64,000 nucleotides of DNA from Hypanus sabinus (lineage: Eukaryota), in the NCBI RefSeq assembly GCF_030144855.1, contig NC_082710.1:55366001-55430000 (forward strand). Reading direction: 5' to 3'. This document shows positions 1-12,959 of this stretch, one piece after another; position 1 is the first letter of the stretch, and each line of letters opens with the position of its first letter. The position numbers and the translations under genes are program-made. The notes under the pieces are model-generated. The model saw only the letters and a list, made by a program, of their open reading frames with translations. It made no database searches and was not told the DNA's origin.

Positions 1-514
1 GTAACAGCTGTAAAGAACAGGGAGACAACTAAATTTTCCAAGTATTAGCTTCATGGCCCTAATGCGCACAGTAATGAAGAAAAAGTGAAAACTTAGGGTT
101 TGCTTTGCTGATGGTCAATAGTTAATTCTTGTACTAAAACCAAGATTTGAAGGATTTCCCTGGCTTTGCCACTGGCTGATTACTCTTATAACTTACAAAG
201 CAGAGTGAAGCACATTCTTGATAGCTTTTATTTATCACTGGATTTCCAGGATAAAAAGCTGTTTTTTTTTCCCACTTTCTGTAGACAGAAGCCAAGCAAG
301 GTCCAAAAATGGGGCTAGGAAATTCCAGCTTCCCAACTCCACAGATTCTTTGTGGAGATAACATCCACATTTTCTAATCCTTTCTCCCAGCATAAAGTCA
401 TAGGCCCACCTTCTAGCAACCAATGAACCAGTCTTCCATGATCAGCATTGGAAATGTCAAAATATATCCTTCTAATCACCAAAAGTAACTTGGGAACATC
501 ACTACTGACATAAG

Positions 515-1620
515 TGGTCATCACAGCCTTAATTCAGACAAAGAACAAAGAACTAATTCTAGAGTCAAGGTGAAAGTGATTAACCTTGACATCAAGGCCT
601 CACCAACTATGGCATTAGGAACTCTTGTAAACTGAAGCCAATGGGCATCAACACACATTGTGGTTGCAGTAATACATCATACAAAACAAAGTAGTTGTAA
701 TTTTTGGAGGCTAATCATCCTACCTAAAGAATATTACTACAGGAGTACCTCAGGGCAGTGTCCAATTCTTAACCATCTTTAGCTGCTTCATCAACAACCT
801 TCCGTCCATCATAAGGTTAGAAGTGACAATATTTATTGATGACAGCACAGATGTTCAGTAAATGAGACAGCTGACCCCTTCATGCATCAAAACCAGGAAA
901 ATAAGCAGCAATAGGAGAAAAGTGACTGATATTTGCACTAAAAAAGTACAACACAATGACAATTCCTTGCAAGAGAGTCTAACCACCTTGATGGTCAATG
1001 ATATTACCATTACTAAATCTCCTACTACTAATACTTAAGGGTCATTATTAACCAGCAATTCATCTGGCCAGTTAAAAGAAAACATGACTTGTGTAAAAGA
1101 GGTCAGATGCTAGGGATTCTGCACTGACTCACTCACCTCAGGATGCCTGAATACCTTTCCACCATTCACAAAGACCAGCCATGATGGACTTTCCTGCATA
1201 AATGCAGTGCCAACAATTCTCCAGAAGTTTCACATCAAGGACAAAGTAAATTGCCTGATTGGCACCTCATCCATCACCCCAAACATTTATTTCCTCCACT
1301 ATTTGTGTACAGTGGCAACAGAGTTTATCATTTTTGAAAAACATTGCTACTTTGACAGCACCTCTCAAACATAAGACCTTCACCATCAAGAACAAGGAGG
1401 ACAGAAAGTTCACAAGAACAGCAGGGTGCTTCCATTTTACAGAGCATTCTGATTTGCAAGTATATCGTTAATCATGAGTCACTGGTGGATCCAAATCCTG
1501 GAGTTACCTTCCCAACAATAGTTTAGGAGAACTTCTCTAAAAGTATTGTAGTAGTTCAAGAAGGTCACCAATCACTCCCTTTTTAAGCCATATCTTGAAA
1601 ATGAACAAAAAAAAATAGGA
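515..1620 (+). mobile_element. Ancient, highly decayed CR1/L2-type LINE (RT fragment and 3' tail)
   Basis: Residual RT motifs GVPQGSV (~743) and IFSCFINNLPSIIR..IFIDDS (~775-846), then a 3' UTR-like tail. Similar decayed pieces lie on the minus strand near 44680-45000, 48130-48420, 52200-52800 and 57640-58340. Confidence 0.65.
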
Positions 1621-1756
1621 TAGCAGCACCAAATCACTGCTTGAGAATTTATTGTGAAGGACATGTTGGGGCATGTTGGAGCTGTCAGATATTCTGGTAA
1701 AGTAACTGGTATTTTTAAATAAAGAGGCACAATTAGACTAATAAAATAATTCATTG

Positions 1757-1857
1757 TGAGATGGGACGTATAAGGTTAATTTTACCTTGATGTATTCATG
1801 GCGATAAGATCACATTGCATACATCAAGATAAAATTAACCTCATACTTCCCATCTCA
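1757..1857. repeat. ~100 bp near-perfect palindrome (hairpin)
   Basis: The 39-bp arm TGAGATGGGACGTATAAGGTTAATTTTACCTTGATGTAT (1757-1795) is the reverse complement of 1819-1857 with 3 mismatches. Confidence 0.9.
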
Positions 1858-1937
1858 GTAAACATGAAACTAAGGGATTACCTGGAACATTTTTAAAAAA
1901 TATACAGATATACCCATATACTCATACACAAGTAAAT

Positions 1938-1978
<41 letters not shown>

Positions 1979-1995
1979 CATATACACACACATAT
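1938..1995. repeat. Compound (CA)n(TA)n microsatellite
   Basis: Directly visible. Confidence 0.95.
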
Positions 1996-2009
1996 ACTTA
2001 TACCGTACA

Positions 2010-4383
2010 CCCCAATTATCTAACTTCATGGAAAAGTTAAAAAGGTATAAAAAGAATAAACTTACATTTAACTGAGCAAAAAATTAGATATTTAAATGAA
2101 ATAGAACAAATTAGAACACTACCAATATTACTGAATACTATAAAACTGTATTAGTTCATAATGTTACTTTCTTGGCTGTTGAAGAAGATGTCAGTTGATT
2201 TTCTTCAATTGTTTCAAGAATATGGTTCATCCACTTTCCACAATACAATATCCTTAATTTTTTTATGATTCCCACACCCATTGGCTACAAAAGGATGCTG
2301 TAATAGCAGGCAGAAATTCCAGATGGATATTTCTCAAACATTCTACATCAGTGTGTGTGCATGTTGTCCAATTGTCAATAAACGAAAGAACTTTATCTGA
2401 TTTCCATTGTAGCTCCATATCCCAACTCATCAGCCGCAACTTAAAAATCTGAGCCCTGTGTTTAGCATAGTATCTGACTGGTAAACTATCCATTCTCAGC
2501 CTCTTAAAGCATTGAGGGTTAATGCTATTCTCAATAACCAACAACTTCCTTTATCAGTTCCTGACACATTTGAGCTATACAGAACAGTTATGTGATTCAT
2601 GGCCTTCTGTTGTTCCCAGTTATCCCTCGTGTAATGTCTATTCTTCTTACAGTTTATCTTGCTGATGTATCAAACATGCAAAAGTAGATTTCAACACTCC
2701 AGTTATCTCTGCCAGCTGACGAGGAAGGGTGTTAGGTCCAGAAGAGCATCTTTTTCAGTTAGTGTCAATTCCTTTCATTGGCATCTTGGCAAGAGTCTCA
2801 ATTTTTTAAAAAAGTCAATATAAAAATACAAAATGATCAAAAATCACTGCTTTTTGAATTGACATCAATCAGCACACAAAGTTCAAAGTTAATGTATTAT
2901 TGAAGTACAGCAGTCCCCGGGTTACGTATGAGTTCCGTTCCTGATTCCGTCTTTAAGTCGAATTTGTACGTAAGTCAGAACAAGTACATACGGTATTATT
3001 TAGTGTCAGTTCGTCAAACGTTTGTCTTAGTATAGAGTATATATTTTACCTTTCTATGCATATAAAACACTTAAGAAACATATGTATTCCAATAATTAAA
3101 CCACTGTGTTGCTTAGTAATAATTGTAGTTTTCATCAGGGCAGGGCGTTTCACATGCTCCATTATTCTCACTTTATCCATTAACCTTTAAAATTGTTCCG
3201 ATCGTTGACCAACTGTAGCCAACGCTTTGCCAATGACCGATGGCGTTTCACCTCTTTCCAAATGCTTTATTTCCACTTTATTTTCAACCGCGATCGCTTC
3301 CCATCAATGGAACAGAAACACTGCGGGCGGCGGGTCCCGACCTCCGCCAGCTCCTGAGGCTCACTGGGTCCTAAGGACCACCACACTGAGACAGTCTAAA
3401 TGGGACAAGTGGGGGCTGTGCTGGGTTTGGGTATTTGATCTTCCACAATATTCCGCATGGGTATTTAAACTGGAGGTGGTAGTGTTTTTTTTTACAAGGT
3501 CGAGTTGCGAGCTTGACATCAACCTGGCACGGATAGTACGGGAATCACTGTATCGACATCAACCCAGCATGGGAGCGGTCAGTCACTGGATTGAACTTGC
3601 TAATCTCACTGCACCACCACCCGAGCGGAATGGGGGGTGGGGGGAGGGTCAGGGTGAATCTTACTAAGAAAAATTTAAGCCAAATATAAAGTTAAACACT
3701 CAACACAGTGTAAATGGCAACGACTTAAAATGGTGGATGGCATCGCGATTCAACTTCAAAATGGTGGACGGTGTCACGATCTGACTTAAGATGGCGGACG
3801 GCGTTCTCCTTCCTTGGTTCATAAGTACAAGTTGTCTGTAATTCGGACGTTCGTAACTCTGGGACTACCTGTACATAAGCACCAAAAGCAGCCCAATAGG
3901 ACGAACAAACAACCAAGGTGAGACAACAAACTGTGCAAACACAAAAAGAAAAAAATGAAATAATAAAAATAATCAAAAAAGCAATAAATATAGAGAACAT
4001 AAGATGAAAATTCCTTGAAAGTGAGTCCATAGGTTGTGGGAACACTCAGGTATGGGGTGAGTGATGTTGAGTGAAGTTATCTTCTCTGGTGCAAGAGCCT
4101 AATAGTTAAGGAGTAACAACTGTTCCTGAACCTGGTGGTGTGGGTCCTGAGGCTCATAACCCAATACAACAGGACATAATGTAAGCACATGCTACTGATC
4201 GCACTTAGCATGGTGCAGTGTTTAACGGCCACACAAGTGCGTATAACTGACTGCTTCCTGCCCCATTTCAGCAGCATAATATCCCAAAAGAACAAAAGGA
4301 CTCCCGGCTATTTTCTCGATTTGTTTTTGGTCTTTAAAAGTTGACCCCTATAAGCAGCTCTGCATATTAACTGGAATCCACTG
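2010..4383 (-). mobile_element. Decayed Tigger/pogo DNA transposon interrupted by later insertions
   Basis: ORF 2263-2544(-) LVIENSINPQCFK..LPVRYYA..KVLSFIDN..IHLEFLPA resembles the TIGD4/6-type DDE_1 domain. 2025-2160 matches the MITE at 63055-63180. The right TIR end ATTAACTGGAATCCACTG is at 4366-4383. Confidence 0.75.
2908..3871 (-). mobile_element. Internally deleted Tigger/pogo element, nested in a LINE tail within the older Tigger
   Basis: TIRs CAGCAGTCCCCGGGTTACG and CGTAACTCTGGGACTACCTG, TA on both sides (2906-07, 3872-73). Minus-strand remnant AVENKVEIKHLERGETPSVIGKAL..STIGTILK is a CENP-B-type N-terminal HTH. Confidence 0.85.
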
Positions 4384-5391
4384 TTATTATTATTATAACA
4401 ATCAAGTTGGTACACAAATGCCTTTCACAGAATTTAAGTCTAGTATCTTCACCTTGTCTGACCTTCATGTGAATGCAGATCCATCTGTATAATAATAATA
4501 ATAAATAAACATGAATAAATAAAATATTTCAATGTTTTGCATGAAAGATTGGTAAGAATCAAGTAGTTCTTAATTTCACATTCATTCACTGTACAGGTCA
4601 AATAGTAACATGTGCTTCAATAAACAATCTGCATTAAAATGTGTATATTCATACACATTTTATTTACACTAATATTCCTTTCAAAGACATTTGCCCCTAT
4701 TCTTAGTAGGCAGAGAGCACAATGTAGCTTAAAATAAATCAGAAATCAACAACAGCGGATGCCATTCTACTGGAAAATCTGTCTATACACTTCAAGTTTA
4801 ATTATAAAGAATAAATTATAAAGACTTCATAGTCTATGCAGCAAACAAAATCAGGGAGGTGAAATATTAATTTAATTAGGTATAACATCTATTTCTATGG
4901 TTGTAGAAATGTTAAAAATATCATGGATGTCATAACTATTCAGATGCAAGTGGGTTCCATGGATATTTACGAACGAAAGCACGCACCTATGTATCAGGGG
5001 ATTTCACTGCATGATAAATCCAGCCAATTACATACCGGAATATTTCTGCTACACGACGAGCTAATTTATTTGTTTACTGAAGTCACCTGCATCAAGTGCT
5101 GGTGGGTTAAGTTCCTTGGGGCAAAGGTATCTGGAGAATGCAGTTAAGTACATGTGAACAAAATTGGATAATTTACCTAGAGTATTGAATTTCATTTATA
5201 AACTTGCTATGCTAATCAAAACAAAGGAAGCCAATATAAATCCAAGGAATTGGACACACAGACAAGAATTTGGCATTTTTAAATTAAGTGTTGTATCTAA
5301 TCCAATTCAAACAATATGGAGATAGTAGATTATTTGAGTAACAATACTATTTTAGAGTTAACCTCTGTTTTAGATTTAACACCTCCAAGAG

Positions 5392-6490
5392 GACCACAAC
5401 CTAGTCATGGTTTGGAGAGAGCTGGAGTCTGGGCCTTATGCTTTGGCTCTTGGTGGGGTAACCCTTGTTGAACAGATCAAAGGGTAGAGGCCAGACTAAG
5501 AGTGATCCACCTGTTCTCCAGGTTCAGGGGTTAAGTTCAGGGCTAACAACAGTGACTGGTCAAATAAAAATGTTACAGAAACAGCAGCAGAAATCCTCCT
5601 ACATTCCTGAATCTGCACCAAGGACTTGCATGGTTGACAGTAGTGAAACCTGAGAGAAAGCTACTGGTACAACTAAGGAAGCCCTGAAAACTGTCAAGAC
5701 CAAGACCAAATTGGTTTCTGGAATGTGTGAACTATGCACAATTCTGGCAAGCTGGCACAAATAACTGCAGAAATGTGTTGTTACAGCCTACATATACCGG
5801 GCATCAGTAAAAGTGCATGGACAGGGTCCGACAGACTAAAGGCAGCAACTGGTGAAACTGTTTTATACTCAGGAAGGGAAGATGGTTAGCATCATAATGG
5901 TGTATCTGTCATTTTGAACAAAGGCATTGAGAAGTGCTTGCAGGAGTAGAAACCAATCAAAAGGAGGCTAATGAGAGTCAGGCTGAAAGGAAAACGAGTG
6001 TGACTGTGATCCAGTGCTATGCTCCAATTAACAATAGTGACATTAAAGAAAAGGACATTTTCTATGAACAGCTGCAGTCAGAGGTAGAATTAACACCAAG
6101 CCTTGATATAATCATCATGGGAGACCTAAATGCCAATTGGGAAATAGTAATTCACACTTCATTAGGCCATTATGGAATTCTGTGTCACGAACAATCCAGG
6201 AACCCTCTTTCCACATCCTGAAATCGACAAACTGACATGCTGCTCACCCAATGGATGTGGCAAGAACCAAATCGACCAATTGATGATCAATGGTATGTGG
6301 AGATGATCCTTGCAGGATGTAAAAGTGGAGAGAGGAGCAGATACAGGAAGTGATCACCATCTTGTTGTAGCAGTGATTGAACTCAAGCTGAGAAGTACAG
6401 TGTATTTCGGAGAATTACTTAATAGTCCACCACCAAATGCAGAACCTGACATACAAGAGGCAGCAGAGTACCTTGACACGAACACAATTC
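5392..6490 (+). mobile_element. RTE-clade LINE, 5' part with decayed AP endonuclease
   Basis: IGFWNV, GETVLYSGRED, TVIQCYAPINNSD..KDIFYEQLQ..IMGDLNA (ORF 5934-6221) and DVKVERGADTGSDHHLVVA (ORF 6310-6543). Confidence 0.85.
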
Positions 6491-7035
6491 CAGTCAAGAT
6501 GGCACCAGTGAACGACTCCTCACGACATCTTGCAAGTAATTAATTTAATTATTTAATTCTTTAATTATTCCACATTTTCTATGCCTTCGGCTTGTTCTTT
6601 TTGTCATGATTGTGTTTTGGAGACTGTTGGAGCCTGGGATCTGCAGCTTGGAGTTCGAGCAAGTGATCTGGCACTCTGCTGTCCCTGGAGAAGACTGCAA
6701 ACATGGGCTATCTCATGCAGGTCAGAGACAGGGTGTGGGACCATAAACGACTCCATTTCAAAGTGTCAAGGAGAATTGAAGCATCGAGGCAAATGCAGAA
6801 GAGGCCAAAGGTCAATGGCGTTTGGAAGGCCAAAAGCTGGCAGCACGATGGCCAGAAAGCCAAAAGTTGGCAGCACAGTAGTTGCTCTTTGTGGAAGGAC
6901 GGAGTTCAAGCGGCCACATATGAATTCACAAGAACCATAGCAACAGCGTGGCAGGGAGCAAAGAAAGAATGGTCAATTAAATTGCATTTATTTTAGTGCA
7001 GCAGACCTGACAAGGCAGTTGAACTCAAGACCTGA

Positions 7036-7330
7036 TACTGTAGTGTAGCGGTTAACATGACCATCACAGTTCGGGGTGTTCTGGAATTCTGAGTTCAGTT
7101 CTGGTGCTGTTCTGTAAGGAGTTTTACCTTCTCCCTGTGGAATATGTGGGGGTTTTTCTGGATGCTCCAGTTTCCTCTCACAGTTCAAAGACATATTGGT
7201 TAGTAGGATAATTGGTCAATGTAAATTGTCCTGTGATTAGCTTAGGGTTAATTGGGTTTAATCAAGAGTTGCTGGGGTGGCTCAAAAAGCTGGACAAGCC
7301 TATTCTGTTCTGTATCACTAAATAATAATA
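7036..7330 (+). mobile_element. HE1-like V-SINE (tRNA-derived)
   Basis: tRNA-like head GTAGTGTAGCGGTTA, V-domain GGATGCTCCAGTTTCCTCTCACAGTTCAAAGACAT...TAAATTGTCC, and an A-rich tail. A minus-strand fragment lies near 55110-55290. Confidence 0.75.
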
Positions 7331-7673
7331 AAAATCAAATACCAACATCGGACTAGGATATTATTTGCCATTACAGTTAAATCTTCTAGGGGACAGGTGA
7401 AAGGGGTAGGAGAAAGATGAAAGAAAGAGGGGGAGTTGCATTTCTGAATAAGGAGATTATCATTGTAATGGTCCAAAATGAAATTACTGAGGGATGGATG
7501 AGTGAGGCTTCATGCACGCACCTTGGAAACTCTAATTACTTATCTATTATGGTAATTCCTGTATACAGACCACTGATTAAACCAGTTCAATGGGAGACAA
7601 GCCCTGACCTGAAGGTGCAACCTCATCAATACAGGACTGGCTTGACAACACAGACAGGAACATGTTGATGGAA

Positions 7674-7817
7674 CACACACAAAATGCTGGAGGAACTCAG
7701 CAGGGCAGTCAGCATCGAGGAAAAGAGTACTCTTTTCCCAGATGCTGCCAGGCCTGCAGAATTCCTCCACCATTTCCTGTTGTTGCTTGGATTTCCAGCA
7801 CTTGCAAATTTCCACAC
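7674..7817. mobile_element. Short Penelope-derived fold-back element
   Basis: Inverted arms (AAAATGCTGGAGGAACTCAGCAGG versus its complement) flanked by the 10-bp TSD GTTGATGGAA (7664-73, 7818-27). Confidence 0.8.
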
Positions 7818-7829
7818 GTTGATGGAAGT

Positions 7830-8566
7830 GGCTACTTACGACCATCTCTATATATGACTGGCTATATAGAAAAGTGTGCTGAGGACATCACCGTTATCAA
7901 ACACATCTCTGTCAGGGCAAATAAGAAGCCATGGTTGACAGATGTCCAGGCAAAGCTGAGAGATTGGGATGGTGCCTTCAGTTTAGGGAACAAAATGGTT
8001 AGTAAGAACTTTTCATGCCTTTAGGAAGGTAAAATGTGATTATTCATAGAGAATATACAGCCATTTCTGTGACTCCAGAGACAGGTGCACATGTGGCAGG
8101 GCATTCAGACAAAAACAGACTACAAGTCCATCCTGCGCGTCAACAACAGCGTCTCTTCCTGATGTTGCAGGAATTTCAAGGTATCTGACCATAAGACCCC
8201 ATGACCCTACAACGGAGGTACCATACCATTAGGACAAAAATTGGGGAACAATGGGGAACAGCTTCTTTCCCCAAGCTGTGAGACTACTGAATTCGCTGCC
8301 ACCACCCAGGTCTTATCATGTATGAAACATCAGTAGTGTTAACCCTGTTTACTTTTTAAACATGTCATAAATTATTCCAATGCTAAATGCCAATCTTCTG
8401 GAATATATTTTATTATTTGTTAATTTATTGGTGGTAGTATTGCTTTATGTGTTGTATGTGTGAGTTTATATGTACTGTGCTGTGCACCTTGGTCCAGAGG
8501 AGCAGTGTTTCATTTGGCAGTACACATGCGTATGGGTGATTGACAATAAACTTGAATTTGAACTTG
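7830..8566 (+). mobile_element. Rex1/Babar-type LINE fragments with 3' tail
   Basis: TGYIEKCAEDITVIKHISVRANKKPWLT and tail GACAATAAACTTGAATTTGAACTTG. Confidence 0.65.
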
Positions 8567-9164
8567 TTTTATTATTCAAAAAATAATTTATGGGAAAAGG
8601 CAAGTCAGGTTTAAATTCGATCAAGGCAAATTTTAACAGTATCAGACAAGAACTTGCAAAAGTTGACATGAATAGGTTGCAGGCCAAGGGGTGTCTAGCA
8701 AGTAGGCTTTTAAAGGAGAGAGTTCAAAATCCACATATTCCTGTTACAGTGAAGGGAAGACGGGCAAGAGCAGGGAACCCTAGATGATGAGGGATTACTC
8801 ATGCTTTTGTAAAGAAAAATAAAGAGGTATTAGTCAGATATATGTACCTGGGATCAAGTGAGCCATTGGAGTTTAGGTGAGGGAAATGTATACTCAAGAA
8901 TGGAAATTAGAGGAGCAAATAGGGAGCATGAGTAGCTTTGGCAGAGAATGATAAAGGGAGTTCAGAGACTTTATAAGTATAAAGTTGAAATTGAAAGCAA
9001 ATATATTATCAAAGTACATATATGTCACAATATAATTACCATGAGATTCATTTTCTTGCAAGCATTCACAGCAGAATAAGGAAATACAGCGAAAACTGAC
9101 AACCAATATGCAAAAGACAACAAACTGCAAATAAAAAAACTAAGTAAATAAATAATACTAAGAA

Positions 9165-10960
9165 CATGAAACATGGAAAAACACAGAAAACCTACAGCAC
9201 AATACAGGCCCTTCGGCCCACAATGCTGTGCCGAACATGTACTTACTTAGAAATTACGTAAGATTACCCATAGCCCTCTATTTTTCTAAACTCCATGAAC
9301 CTATTCACGATTCTCGAAAAAGACCCTATCGCATCCGCCTCCACCACCATCACTGGCAGCCCAATTCACGCACTCACCACTCTCTGCGTAAAAAACTTAC
9401 TCCTGACATCTCCGCTGTACCTACTTCCAATCACCTTAAAACTGTGTCCTCTCGTGTTAGCCATTTCAGCTCTGGGAAAAAGCCTCTGACTTTCCACACG
9501 ATCAATGCCTCTCATGATCTTACACACCTCTATCAGGTCACCTCTCATCCTCTGCTGCACCAAAGAGATAAGGCTGAGTTCACTCAACATATTCTCATAA
9601 GGCACGCTCCCCAATCCAGGCAACATCCTTGTAAATCTCCTCTGCATCCTTTCTATAGTTTCCACATCCTTTCTGTAGTGAGGTGACCAGAACTGAGCAG
9701 TTCTCCAAGTGGGGCCTGACCAGGGTCCTATGCAACTGTAACATTACCTCTCAGCTCTTGAACTCAATCCCACGGTTGATGAAGGCCAATGTACCATATG
9801 CTTTCTTAACCACAGAGCCAACGTGTGCAGCAACTTCGAGTGTCCTATGGATTCTGATCCTCTCACTGCCAAGAGTCTTACTATTAATATTATATTCTGC
9901 CATCATATTTGACCTACCAAAATTAACCATCTCACATTTAAATGGATTGAACTCCATCTGCCACTTCTCAGCACAGTTTTGCATTCTATGTCCTGCTGTA
10001 AACACTGACAGCCCTCCACACTACCCACAACATCCCTAAACTTTGTGTCATCAGCAAATTTACTAACCCATCCCTCCACTTCCTCATCCATATCACTTAT
10101 AAAAATCACGAAGAGAAGGAGTCACAGAACAGATCCCTGAGGCACACCACTGGTCACCAACCTCTATGCAGAATATGAAAGGGCCAACAGCCCCTTCCTC
10201 CGTCTCTTCAGTTTGGTTCCCACCCCCCAGCAATTCAAGTTTAAATTCTCCCCAATAGCCTCAGCAAACCTCCCTACCAGGATATTGGTCCCTCTCGGAT
10301 TCAAGTGCAACCCGTCCATTTTGTACTGGTCACGCCTGCCCCAGAAGAAATCTGAATCCCTGCCCCCTGCTCCAATCTCTCAGCCACACATTTATCCTCC
10401 ACCTCCTTCTATTCCTATACTCACTGTCACCGGCAGTAATCCAGAGATTACGAACTTTGAGGTCCTGCTTCTCAACTTCCTTCCTAACTCCCTGTAGTCT
10501 ATTTTCAGCACCTCCTCCCTTTTCCTACCTATGTCATTGGTACCAATATGTACCATGACCTCTGGTTGTTCACCTTTCCCACTTCAGAATGTCATAGAAG
10601 TGATCAGAAACATCCCAGACCCTGGCACCTGGGAGGTAAACGGCCATCCATGTTTCTTTCTTGCGTCCAACAGAATCGCCTGTCTGACCCCCTAACTATA
10701 GAGTCTCCTATTACTGCTGCTTTCTTCCTTTCCCCACCCTTTCAGAACAGATCCCTGAGGCACACCACTGGTCACCAACCTCCATGCAGAATGACCCATC
10801 TACAACCTCTCTTTGCCTTCTGGATCCACAAAGCAATGTCTCCTTGGATCCCATGCTTCCTTACTTTCTCAATAAGCCTTGCATGGGGTTCCTTATCAAA
10901 TGCCTTGCTGAAATTCATATACACTACATCTATGGCTCTACCTTCATCAATGTGTCTAGT
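9165..10960 (-). mobile_element. Rearranged CR1 (HER1-like) LINE: 3' end, RT pieces and ORF1 SGNH esterase piece
   Basis: ERMQRRFTRMLPG, KWQMEFNPFKCE, SKFADDTK and DVVYMNFSKAFDK in the minus-strand ORFs. 10190-10740 encodes VMVHIGTNDIGRKREEVLK, typical of the CR1 ORF1 esterase. Confidence 0.85.
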
Positions 10961-11253
10961 TTGATCATGATTATCCAGGAACATTGTTGGAAGCTGGAGA
11001 AAAAATTGGTAGCTGTGGGTAAACTATCAGAAGACTCCTTGGTGACTACTGTTGTGCTTTATTTAAGGGCTCCAAAGAGAACTCTGGGAACAATAAACTA
11101 GGAATCTTAACACTGGTGGTAGGTAAGTTACTAGAGGGGATTTTGAGAGATACAATATATACATATTTGGAGGAAAGAGGAGGTCATCACAGCTTTGTGT
11201 GTGTTAAGTTTTGAAGAAGTAAATGAAAAGATCATGAGGGCAGTGTGGTAGAT

Positions 11254-11986
11254 TTTTAAAATTTTTTTAATATAAAACAAAATATACTTTATTCTAAAAT
11301 AAAATTATATACAATAACCATTCAAAGACTTTCAATTCTTTACAGTTGGTACCATTACTGACCTTACATTTTCAAAGTTCTAATGATTTGCCACCCACGT
11401 GGCACTTTGTTCTTTCATATTTACATTCAGGGGTATACCCCCAACCCCCCACCCCTCAACTCCCCTGGGAGAAGGACCCTAGACTGTGGCCCTTCCCCAC
11501 CGGGCCCTTGCGGTGGCTGCACCGAGTTTGAGTGCGTCCCTCAGCACGTACTCCTGCAGCCGAGAAGGTGCCAGTCGGCAGCATTCCCCCACGGACATCT
11601 CCGTGTGCTGGCAGACCATCAAGTTTCGGGCCGACCAAAGAGTGTCTTTGACTGAGTTGATGATCTGCCAGCAGCACCGGATGTTGGTCTCGGTGTGCGT
11701 CCCCAGGAACAGCCCATAGATCAGAGAGTCCTCTGTTACACAGCTGCTGGGGATGAACCGCGACACTGTCCCTTTCATCCTCCTCCGCACCTTCTCCGCG
11801 AACCCACAGTGTGCAAAGAGGTGGGTCACCAACTCCTCCTCTCTGCAGTCCACCCGTGGGCAGAAGGGTGTGGAGACGATGTTCCAGGCATACAGAAGGG
11901 ATCGGACTGGGAGGGCCCCTCTCACGCCAGCCAGGCGAGGTCTTGGTACCTGCAGGTGAGGTCTGGCAATAAGGCATTTTGTCAGA
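11254..11986 (-). mobile_element. 5'-truncated Tx1/L1-clade LINE
   Basis: ORF 11479-12048(-) has the C-terminal zinc knuckle CPRVDCREEELVTHLFAHC and KDTLWSARN. T-rich tail at 11254. 8-bp TSD TGGTAGAT (11246-53, 11987-94). GC-rich. Confidence 0.85.
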
Positions 11987-12959
11987 TGGTAGATGCAGTC
12001 TGTATGGACTTCAGTAAACCTTTTGCTATGATTTTGCATGCTTAACACTACACAAAGTTAGACTGCATGGGGTCCAGAGAGATAGCTAATTAGATACACA
12101 ATTGGCTTGATGTAGGAAACAGAAGGTGATGCTGGAAGGCTGCTGCTCAGACTGGAAGCTCATGACTAGTGGTGTGCTAGGAATATTGCTATTTTTCATC
12201 CATATCAATGACTTGGAAGAGAATGTGTAAGGCATTCGAAGATTCAAACTATATTTATTTTCAAATATTGTATAAATTATACACCTTGAGATCTGTTTGC
12301 TGACAGGCTGCCACAAAGCAAAAAACAGAATAGCCCAATTGAAAAAAATATATAAACACTGCGTCGAGGGGGAAAACACATATACACACACACTTCACAC
12401 TAACGACAGCATTTCGAATAAAATCGAGTCCTTTGATCCCCTCCCCAGAGCAGCCAGAGTAGGCCCAAGCCCCGATTTCAGTTCATCGTATTAGTGGGGC
12501 AAAAACAGCATGAAGCTCACAAAGACGGCAGTGCTGGAGCAGTCCACAACCTCAATGCCACAGAGAGAGAAATGAACATTGCGGAAGAGCGAGTGAAATC
12601 AGTCCAACCCTCGCCCCCAGTCCCAACACTCAAGCTTTCCAGTCCATCTGGACCGGCACTTAAATTGCCAAAGCACCAAGAACCGCCTCGTGCCAGGACC
12701 TAATTCCCCGCACAGATACATGCTTGGGCTACACAGCCCAAAGCAGCTTTTGATCTCACCAAATTGGCTGTGCGCTTGGAGCGATCCAACCTTGAGCCTA
12801 GGTTAGGTGGACAGGCATCGAAACTCTTCAATATCAACTCTTCCCTAAATCGTTCACTCCAATAGCGACAGTGATACCAACTCCATCCCCATCTTGAACA
12901 CTATGCACTTAGGCTTTGCGATACACCAGTATGGCTCATCCTTCGAATCAGCTTTGTCT

